Positions 24,160 to 36,100 of a stretch of DNA of 64,000 bases are shown piece after piece. Source of the DNA: Hydrolagus colliei (lineage: Eukaryota); NCBI GenBank assembly GCA_035084275.1, contig CM068767.1:8742001-8806000 (forward strand). The letters run 5' to 3'. The notes beneath the pieces are model-generated. The model ran no database searches. It had not been told where the DNA came from and was given only the letters and a program-made list of their open reading frames with translations. Every line of letters starts with the position of its first letter. The first letter of the stretch is position 1. Both the position numbers and the translations under genes were made by a program.

Positions 24160-27100
24160 GAGACAGTACAACAATTTTCTATCCACAAACCTCTCAAAAG
24201 GAAAGTGCTACTCAGAAAGCAACATCAAATGCAATTCAACGCAGAAATCAATCATCTAATATTCCTGCATCATTCTTTCCCATTTCTACTCCTACGACTC
24301 CATCCGAGGTAAGCAGCTCATCTGAGTCACCCGTAACCTCTCCTGCTGAAGAACCATCATCTTCTACTGAACCAACATCGCAAGTGACAACTATGATTAC
24401 AGATAGTGCTCCTGTCTCTCAGGAAAGCAGTAGCTTTGCTTCCTCCTCAAGATCTCAAACAACTCAGTCATCGACTCCCTCTGACACTTCCTCACAGTTG
24501 CTTCCAATTTCTGAAATTGCATCTACACATCTCTCAACTGGTGGCACATCATTTAGCCCTGCAAAATCCTCATCTGATGCTTCTACAGACACAGGTGAAC
24601 CACAAACCCTCTCCACATGGTCAACTGCAGTTGATAATGAACCTTCCACAAGCTCAATACCACTTTCCACATCACAAGAATCATACCTCACAACAGAATC
24701 AACATTCTCCCCGGAAGAGCCAACCACAGCAATCACTCCAACTGTACCTATTTCAAAAACACAAACATCCCCCTTCACAAGTTCTGTGTCATACCCATCA
24801 CAGTCACATGCCACCCCTTTGTCAATGGAAACTTCTGCTTCATCAAAAATAACGTCGGATGAAACCGCTCAAACTGCTCACCGTGTTCCCTCATCTCCAG
24901 AGACCTCAACTTCTTTACCTCCCTCTACACTGGAGTTATCAACGCTGGTAGAAACTTCATTCCAAAGTCTCAATACTATGTCAGACATCACTTCCACACA
25001 AGAATCCAGTCATTCATCATATTTGACATCAGGATCCTCATTGCCCCCGAAAACTGAGGCAACACCAGAAGCTGTCTCGACAACTCTTTCATCCATTGCC
25101 ACGAAAGAGGCTGCCACTGAGCAGGTTTCACAATCTGCCTTCGACGTGTCCAGTGACACACTGAAAACATCAGTTGGATCAGATACAACAACAATAACAC
25201 CAATCACTTCTTTCTCTATGCACACAGAAACAAGCTCTTCCAATCTTCCAGGGCTATCAGAGCAGACCATCACTCCATCTGAGTCACACATATCTAGCTC
25301 TGAAATGGAAACCTCTTCAATGCTGCAATCAACAGCATCTGTAGCAATTGCAGATGATCTGACACGCGTGGTTTCTGAGCGGATAGCAAGCTCTGATTCT
25401 ACAATTTACTCCACAGTTGAGCCAACATCCGTTTCTGAGTTTTCATCTACAGAAGATTCTACTTCCACAGTACCATCCAACAGTCAAGAACCTCGCTCCT
25501 TATCCCACGTTGCAACAATCTCAACAACATTTGTCACTCCTGAAGTAACATCACGTTCAATGTTGATGTCAACAAAATCAAGCATCACTGAAGACAATCT
25601 ATCAACCTCTTCTTCTCATTCCACCGTTGAAATATCCAGTATCATTCCAAAGTCAACCATGCTACCTGAAAAATCGCCAACTAGCACAGTTACTCAGTCC
25701 ACTCAAAGCATTGAAATCAGTTCTCGTGCAGCTTCTTCAATTAAGGAAAGCAGCTCATCTGAGTCACACGTAACCTCTCCTGCTGAAGAACCATCATCTT
25801 CCACTGAACCAACATCGCAAGTGACAACTATGATTACTGATAGTGCTCCTGTCTCTCAGGAAAGCAGTAGCTTTGCTTCCTCTTCAAGATCTCAAACAAC
25901 TCAGTCATCGACTCCCTCTGACACTTCCTCACAGTTGCTTCCAATTTCTGAAATTGCGTCCACATATCTCTCAATTGGTGGCACATCATTTAGCCCTGCA
26001 AAATCCTCATCTGATGCTTCTACAGACACAGGTGAACCACAAACTCTCTCCACATGGTCAACTGCAGTTGATCATGAACCTTCCACAAGCTCAATACCAC
26101 TTTCCACATCACAAGCATCATACCTCACAACAGAATCAACATTCTCCCCGGAAGAGCCAACCACAGCAATCACTCCAACTGTACCTGTTTCAAAAACACA
26201 AACATCCCCCTTCACAAGTTCTCTGTCATACCCATCACAGTCACATGCCACCCCTTTGTCAATGGAAACTTCTGCTTCATCAAAAGTAAGTTCGGTTGAA
26301 ACCGCTCAATCTGCTCACAGTGTTCCCTCATCTCCAGAGACCTCAACTTCTTTACCTCCCTCCACAATGGAGTTATCAACGCTGGTAGAAACTTCATTCC
26401 AAAGTCTCAATACTATGTCAGACATCACTTCCACGCAAGAATCCAGTCATTCATTATATTTGACATCAGGATCCTCATTGCCCCCGAAAACTGAGGCAAC
26501 ACCAGAAGCTGTCTCAACAACTCTTTCATCCATTGCCACGAAAGAGTCTGCCACTGAGCAGGTTTCACAATCTACCTTCGACGTGTCCAGTGACACACTG
26601 AAAACATCAGTTGGATCAGATACAATAACACCAATCACTTCTTTCTCTATGCACACAGAAACAAGCTCTACCAATCTTCCAGGGCTATCAGAGCAGACCA
26701 TCACTCCATCTGAGTCACACATATCTAGCTCTGAAATGGAAACCTCTTCAATGCTGCAATCAACAGCATCTGTAGCAATTGCAGATGATCTGACACGCGT
26801 GGTTTCTGAACAGATAGCAAGCTCTGATTCTACAATTTACTCCACAGTTGAGCCAACATCCGTTTCTGAGTTTTCATCTACAGAAGATTCTACTTCCACA
26901 GTACCATCCAACAGTCAAGAACCTCGCTCCTTATCCCACGTTGCAACAATCTCAACAACATTTGTCACTCCTGAAGTGACATCACGTTCAATGTTGATGT
27001 CAACAAAATCAAGCATCACTGAAGACAATCTATCAACGTCTTCTTCTCATTCCACTGTTGAAATATCCAGTATCATTCCAAAGTCAACCATGCTACCTGA

Positions 27101-30100
27101 AGAATCGCCAACTAGCACAGTTACTCAGTCCACTCAAAGCATTGAAATCAGTTCTCGTGTAGCTCCTTCAACTGAGGAAAGCAGCTCATCTGAGTCACAC
27201 GTAACCTCTCCTGCTGAAGAACCATCATCTTCCACTGAACCAACATCGCAAGTGACAACTATGATTACTGATAGTGCTCCTGTCTCTCAGGAAAGCAGTA
27301 GCTTTGCTTCCTCCTCAAGATCTCAAACAACTCAGTCATCGACTCCCTCTGACACTTCCTCACAGTTGCTTCCAATTTCTGAAATTGCGTCCACACATCT
27401 CTCAACTGGTGACACATCATTTAGCCCTACAAAATCCTCATCTGATGCTTCTACAGACACAGGTGAACCACAAACCCTCTCCACATGGTCAACTGCAGTT
27501 GATAATGAACCTACCACAAGCTCAATACCTCTTTCCACATCACAAGCATCATACCTCACAACAGAATCAACATTCTCCCCGGAAGAGCCAACCACAGCAA
27601 TCACTCCAACTGTACCTGTTTCAAAAACACAAACATCCCCCTTCACAAGTTCTCTGTCATACCCATCACAGTCACATGCCACCCCTTTGTCAATGGAAAC
27701 TTCTGCTTCATCAAAAGTAAGTTCGGTTGAAACCGCTCAATCTGCTCACAGTGTTCCCTCATCTCCAGAGACCTCAACTTCTTTACCTCCCTCTACAATG
27801 GAGTTATCAACGCTGGTAGAAACTTCATTCCAAAGTCTCAATACTATGTCAGACATCACTTCCACGCAAGAATCCAGTCATTCATTATATTTGACATCAG
27901 GATCCTCATTGCCCCCGAAAACTGAGGCAACACCAGAAGCTGTCTCAACAACTCTTTCATCCATTGCCACGAAAGAGTCTGCCACTGAGCAGGTTTCACA
28001 ATCTACCTTCGACGTGTCCAGTGACACACTGAAAACATCAGTTGGATCAGATACAATAACACCAATCACTTCTTTCTCTATGCACACAGAAACAAGCTCT
28101 ACCAATCTTCCAGGGCTATCAGAGCAGACCATCACTCCATCTGAGTCACACATATCTAGCTCTGAAATGGAAACCTCTTCAATGCTGCAATCAACAGCAT
28201 CTGTAGCAATTGCAGATGATCTGACACGCGTGGTTTCTGAACAGATAGCAAGCTCTGATTCTACAATTTACTCCACAGTTGAGCCAACATCCGTTTCTGA
28301 GTTTTCATCTACAGAAGATTCTACTTCCACAGTACCATCCAACAGTCAAGAACCTCGCTCCTTATCCCACGTTGCAACAATCTCAACAACATTTGTCACT
28401 CCTGAAGTGACATCACGTTCAATGTTGATGTCAACAAAATCAAGCATCACTGAAGACAATCTATCAACGTCTTCTTCTCATTCCACCGTTGAAATATCCA
28501 GTATCATTCCAAAGTCAACCATGCTACCTGAAGAATCGCCAACTAGCACAGTTACTCAGTCCACTCAAAGCATTGAAATCAGTTCTCGTGTAGCTCCTTC
28601 AACTGAGGAAAGCAGCTCATCTGAGTCACACGTAACCTCTCCTGCTGAAGAACCATCATCTTCCACTGAACCAACATCGCAAGTGACAACTATGATTACT
28701 GATAGTGCTCCTGTCTCTCAGGAAAGCAGTAGCTTTGCTTCCTCCTCAAGATCTCAAACAACTCAGTCATCGACTCCCTCTGACACTTCCTCACAGTTGC
28801 TTCCAATTTCTGAAATTGCGTCCACACATCTCTCAACTGGTGACACATCATTTAGCCCTACAAAATCCTCATCTGATGCTTCTACAGACACAGGTGAACC
28901 ACAAACCCTCTCCACATGGTCAACTGCAGTTGATAATGAACCTTCCACAAGCTCAATACCACTTTCCACATCACAAGCATCATACCTCACAACAGAATCA
29001 ACATTCTCCGCGGAAGAGCCAACCACAGCAATCACTCCAACTGTACCTATTTCAAAAACACAAACATCCCCCTTCACAAGTTCTGTGTCATACCCATCAC
29101 AGTCACATGCCACCCCTTTGTCAATGGAAACTTCTGCTTCATCAAAAGTAAGTTCGGTTGAAACCGCTCAATCTGCTCACAGTGTTCCCTCATCTCCAGA
29201 GACCTCAACTTCTTTACCTCCCTCTACAATGCAGTTATCAACGCTGGTAGAAACTTCATTCCAAAGTCTCAATACTATGTCAGACATCACTTCCACGCAA
29301 GAATCCAGTCATTCATTATATTTGACATCAGGATCCTCATTGCCCCCAAGAACTGAGGCAACACCAGAAGCTGTCTCAACAACTCTTTCATCCATTGCCA
29401 CGAAAGAGTCTGCCACTGAGCAGGTTTCACAATCTACCTTCGACGTGTCCAGTGACACACTGAAAACATCAGTTGGATCAGATACAATAACACCAATCAC
29501 TTCTTTCTCTATGCATGCAGAAACAAGCTCTACCAATCTTCCAGGGCTATCAGAGCAGACCATCACTCCATCTGAGTCACACCTATCAAGCTCTGAAATG
29601 GAAACCTCTTCCATGCTGCAATCAACAGCAGCTGTAGCAAGTACAGATGATCTGACACGCGTGGTTTCTGAGCGGATAGCAAGCTCTGATTCTACAATTT
29701 ACTCCACAGTTGAGCCAACATCGGTTTCTAAGTTTTCATCGACAGAAGATTCTACTTCCACACTACCATCCAACAGTCAAGAACCTCGCTCCTCATCCCA
29801 TGTTGCAACAATCTCAACAACATTTGTCACTCCTGAAGTAACATCACATTCAATGTTGATGTCAACAAAATCAAGCATCACTGAAGACAATCGATCAACG
29901 TCTTCTTCTCATTCCACAGTTGAAATATCCAGTATCATTCCAAAGTCAACCATGCTACCTGAAGAATCGCCAACTAGCACAGTTACTCAGTCCACTCAAA
30001 GCATTGAAATCAGTTCTCGTGTAGCTCCTTCAACTGACGAAAGCAGCTCATCTGAGTCACACGTAACCTCTCCTGCTGAAGAACCATCATCTTCCACTGA

Positions 30101-33100
30101 ACCAACATCGCAAGTGACAACTATTATTACTGATGGTGCTCCTGTCTCTCAGGAAAGCAGCAGCTTTGCTTCCTCCTCAAGATCTCAAACAACTCAGTCA
30201 TCGACTCCCTCTGACACTTCCTCACAGTTGCTTCCAATTTCTGAAATTGCGTCCACACATCTCTCAACTGGTGGCACATCATTTAGCCCTACAAAATCCT
30301 CATCTGATGCTTCTACAGACACAGGTGAACCACAAACTCTCGCCACATGGTCAACTGCAATTGATAATGAACCTTCCACAAGCTCAATACCTCTTTCCAC
30401 ATCACAAGCATCATACCTCACAACAGAATCAACATTCTCCCCGGAAGAGCCAACCACAGCAATCACTCCAACTGTACCTATTTCAAAAACACAAACATCC
30501 CCCTTCACAAGTTCTGTGTCATACCCATCACAGTCACATGCCACCCCTTTGTCAATGGAAACTTCTGCTTCATCAAAAGTAACGTCGGTTGAAACCGCTC
30601 AAACTGCTCACAGTGTTGCCTCATCTCCAGAGACCTCAACTTCTTTACCTCCCTCTACAATGGATTTATCACCGCTGGTAGAAACTTCATTCCAAAGTCT
30701 CAATACTATGTCAGACATCACTTCCACACAAGAATTCAGTCATTCATCATATTTGACATCAGGATCCTCATTGCCCCCGAAAACTGAGGCAACACCAGAA
30801 GCTGTCTCAACAACTCTTTCATCCATTGCCACGAAAAAGTCTGCCACTGAGCAGTTTTCACAATCTACCTTCGACGTGTCCAGTGACACACTGAAAACAT
30901 CAGTTGGATCAGATACAACAACAATAACACCAATCACTTCTTTCTCTATGCACACAGAAACAAGCTCTACCAATCTTCCAGGGCTATCAGAGCAGACCAT
31001 CACTCCATCTGAGTCACACCTATCTAGCTCTGAAATGGAATCCTCTTCCATGCTGCAATCAACAGCATCTGTAGCAAGTACAGATGACCTGACACCCGTG
31101 GTTTCTGAGCGGATAGCAAGCTCTGATTCTACAATTTACTCCACAGTTGAGCCAACATCCGTTTCTGAGTTTTCATCTACAGAAGATTCTACTTCCACAG
31201 TACCATCCAACAGTCAAGAACCTCGCGCCTCATCCCATGTTGCAACAATCTCAACAACATTTGTCACTCCTGAAGTAACATCACATTCAATGTTGATGTC
31301 AACAAAATCAAGCATCACTGAAGACAATCTATCAACGTCTTCTTCTCATTCCACCGTTGAAATATCCAGTATCATTCCAAAGTCAACCATGCTACCTGAA
31401 GAATCGCCAACTAGCACAGTTACTCAGTCCACTCAAAGCATTGAAATCAGTTCTCGTGTAGCTCCTTCAACTGAGGAAAGCAGCTCATCTGAGTCACCCG
31501 TAACCTCTCCTGCTGAAGAACCATCATCTTCCACTGAACCAACATCGCAAGTGACAACTATGATTACTGATAGTGCTCCTGTCTCTCAGGAAAGCAGTAG
31601 CTTTGCTTCCTCCTCAAGATCTCAAACAACTCAGTCATCGACTCCCTCTGACACTTCTTCACAGTTGCTTCCAATTTCTGAAATTGCGTCCACACATCTC
31701 TCAACTGGTGGCACATCATTTAGCCCTACAAAATCCTCATCTGATGCTTCTACAGACATAGGTGAACCACAAACCCTCTCCACATGGTCAACTGCAGTTG
31801 ATAATGAACCTTCCACAAGCTCAATACCTCTTTCCACATCACAAGCATCATACCTCACAACAGAATTAACATTCTCTGCGGAAGAGCCAACCACAGCAAT
31901 CACTCCAACTGTACCTATTTCAAAAACACAAACATCCCCCTTCACAAGTTCTGTGTCATACCCATCACAGTCACATGCCACCCCTTTGTCAATGGAAACT
32001 TCTGCTTCATCAAAAGTAACGTCGGATGAAACAGCTCAAACTGCTCACAGTGTTCCCTCATCTCCAGAGACCTCAACTTCTTTACCTCCCTCTACAATGG
32101 AGTTATCATCGCTGGTAGAAACTTCATTCCAAAGTCTCAATACGATGTCAGACATCACTTCCACACAAGAATCCAGTCATTCATTATATTTGACATCAGG
32201 ATCCTCATTGCCACCGAAAACTGAGACAACACCAGAAGCTGTCTCGACAACTCTTTCATCCATTGCCACGAAAGAGTCTGTCACTGAGCAGGTTTCACAA
32301 TCTGCCTTCGACGTGTCCAGTGACACACTGAAAACATCAGTTGGATCAGATACAACAACAATAACACCAATCACGTCTTTCTCTATGCACACAGAAACAA
32401 GCTCTACCAATCTTCCAGGTCCATCAGAGCAGACCATCACTCCATCTGAGTCACACCTATCTAGCTCTGAAATGGAAACCTCTTCCATGCTGCAATCAAC
32501 AGCATCTTTAGCAAGTACAGATGATCTGACACGCGTGGTTTCTGAGCGGATAGCAAGCTCTGATTCTACAATTTACTCCACAGTTGAGACAACATCCGTT
32601 TCTGAGTTTTCATCTGCAGAAGATTCTACTTCCACACTACCATCCAACAGTCAAGAACCTCGCTCCTCATCCCACGTTGCAACAATCTCAACAACATTTG
32701 TCACTCCTGAAGTAACATCACATTCAATGTTGATGTCAACAAAATCAAGCATCACTGAAGACAATCGATCAACGTCTTCTTCTCATTCCACCGTTGAAAT
32801 ATCCAGTATCATTCCAAAGTCAACAATGCTACCTGAAGAATCGCCAACTAGCACAGTTACTCAGTCCACTCAAAGCATTGAAATCAGTTCTCGTGTAGCT
32901 CCTTCAACTGAGGAAAGCAGCTCATCTCAGTCACACGTAACCTCTCCTGCTGAAGAACCATCATCTTCCACTGAACCAACATCGCAAGTGACAACTATGA
33001 TTACTGATGGTGCTCCTGTCTCTCAGGAAAGCAGCAGCTTTGCTTCCTCCTCAAGATCTCAAACAACTCAGTCATCGACTCCCTCTGACACTTCCTCACA

Positions 33101-36100
33101 GTTGCTTCCAATTTCTGAAATTGCGTCCACACATCTCTCAACTGGTGGCACATCATTTAGCCCTACAAAATCCTCAACTTCTACAGACACAGGTGAACCA
33201 CAAACCCTCGCCACATGGTCAACTGCAATTGATAATGAACCTTCCACAAGCTCAATACCACTTTCCACATCACAAGCATCATACCTCACAACAGAATCAA
33301 CATTCTCTGCGGAAGAGCCAACCACAGCAATCACTCCAACTGTACCTATTTCAAAAACACAAACATCCCCCTTCACAAGTTCTGTGTCATACCCATCACA
33401 GTCACATGCCACCCCTTTGTCAATGGAAACTTCTGCTTCATCAAAAGTAACGTCGGATGAAACCGCTCAAACTGCTCACAGTGTTCCCTCATCTCCAGAG
33501 ACCTCAACTTCTTTACCTCCCTCTACAATGGAGTTATCATCGCCTGTAGAAACTTCATTCCAAAGTCTCAATACGATGTCAGACATCACTTCCACACAAG
33601 AATCCAGTCATTCATTATATTTGACATCAGGATCCTCATTGCCACCGAAAACTGAGACAACACCAGAAGCTGTCTCGACAACTCTTTCATCCATTGCCAC
33701 GAAAGAGTCTGTCACTGAGCAGGTTTCACAATCTGCCTTCGACGTGTCCAGTGACACACTGAAAACATCAGTTGGATCAGATACAACAACAATAACACCA
33801 ATCACGTCTTTCTCTATGCACGCAGAAACAAGCTCTACCAATCTTCCAGGTCCATCAGAGCAGACCATCACTCCATCTGAGTCACACCTATCTAGCTCTG
33901 AAATTGAAACCTCTTCCATGCTGCAATCAACAGCATCTTTAGCAAGTACAGATGATCTGACACGCGTGGTTTCAGAGCGGATAGCAAGCTCTGATTCTAC
34001 AATTTACTCCACAGTTGAGCCAACATCCGTTTCTGAGTTTTCATCTACAGAAGATTCTACTTCCACACTACCATCCAACAGTCAAGAACCTCGCTCCTCA
34101 TCCCACGTTGCAACAATCTCAACAACATTTGTCACTCCTGAAGTAACATCACACTCAATGTTGATGTCAACAAAATCAAGCATCACTGAAGACAATCTAT
34201 CAACGTCTTCTTCTCATTCCACCGTTGAAATATCCAGTATCATTCCAAAGTCAACCATGCTACCTGAAGAATCGCCAACTAGCACAGTTACTCAGTCCAC
34301 TCAAAGCATTGAAATCAGTTCTCGTGTAGCTCCTTCAACTGAGGAAAGCAGCTCATCTGAGTCACACGTAACCTCTCCTGCTGAAGAACCATCATCTTCC
34401 ACTGAACCAACATCGCAAGTGACAACTATGATTACTGATAGTGCTCCTGTCTCTCAGGAAAGCAGTAGCTTTGCTTCCTCCTCAAGATCTCAAACAACTC
34501 AGTCATCGACTCCCTCTGACACTTCCTCACAGTTGCTTCCAATTTCTGAAATTGCGTCCACACATCTCTCAACTGGTGGCACATCATTTAGCCCTACAAA
34601 ATCCTCATCTGATGCTTCTACAGACACAGGTGAACCACAAACCCTCTCCACATGGTCAACTGCAGTTGATAATGAACCTTCCACAAGCTCAATACCTCTT
34701 TCCACATCACAAGCATCATACCTCACAACAGAATCAACATTCTCCCCGGAAGAGCCAACCACAGCAATCACTCCAACTGTACCTATTTCAAAAACACAAA
34801 CATCCCCCTTCACAAGTTCTGTGTCATACCCATCACAGTCACATGCCACCCCTTTGTCAATGGAAACTTCTGCTTCATCAAAAGTAACGTCGGATGAAAC
34901 CGCTCAAACTGCTCACAGTGATCCCTCATCTCCAGAGACCTCAACTTCTTTACCTCCCTCTACAATGGAGTTATCACCGCTGGTAGAAACTTCATTCCAA
35001 AGTCTCAATACGATGTCAGACATCAGTTCCATACAAGAATCCAGTCATTCATTATATTTGACATCAGGATCCTCATTGCCCCCGAAAACTGAGACAACAC
35101 CAGAAGCTGTCTTGACAACTCTTTCATCCATTGCCACGAAAGAGTCTGCCACTGAGCAGGTTTCACAATCTACCTTCGACGTGTCCAGTGACACACTGAA
35201 AACATCAGTTGGATCAGATACAACAACAATAACAACAATCACTTCTTTCTCTATGCACACAGAAACAAGCTCTACCAATCTTCCAGGGCTATCAGAGCAG
35301 ACCATCACTCCATCTCAGTCACACCTATCCAGCTCCAAAATGGAAACCTCTTCCATGCTGCAATCAACAGCATCTGTAGCAAGTACAGATGATCTGACAC
35401 CCGTGGTTTCTGAGCGGATAGCAAGCTCTGATTCTACAATTTACTCCACAGTTCAGCCAACATCCGTTTCTGAGTTTTCATCAACAGAAGATTCTACTTC
35501 CACACTACCATCCAACAGTCAAGAACCTCGCTCCTCATCCCATGTTGCAACAATCTCACCAACATATGTCACTCCTGAAGTAACATCACATTCAATGTTG
35601 ATGTCAACAAAATCAAGTATCACTGAAGACAATCGATCAACGTCTTCTTCTCATTCCACCGTTGAAATATCCAGTATCATTCCAAAGTCAACAATGCCAC
35701 CTGAAGAATCGCCAACTAGCACAGTTACTCAGTCCACTCAAAGCATTGAAATCAGTTCTCGTGTAGCTCCTTCAACTGAGGAAAGCAGCTCATCTGAGTC
35801 ACACGTAACCTCTCCTGCTGAAGAACCATCATCTTCCACTGAACCAACATCGCAAGTGACAACTATGATTACTGATGGTGCTCCTGTCTCTCAGGAAAGC
35901 AGCAGCTTTGCTTCCTCCTCAAGATCTCAAACAACTCAGTCATCGACTCCCTCTGACACTTCCTCACAGTTGCTTCCAATTTCTGAAATTGCGTCCACAC
36001 ATCTCTCAACTGGTGGCACATCATTTAGCCCTACAAAATCCTCATCTGATGCTTCTACAGACACAGGTGAACCACAAACCCTCTCCACATGGTCAACTGC

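Noticed and set aside
26286-29153. GTAAGT donor-like motifs in units 2-4
   Set aside because: The exon side is AAA, and no matching acceptors or intron-like sequence are apparent in the array; possibly cryptic but unsupported.
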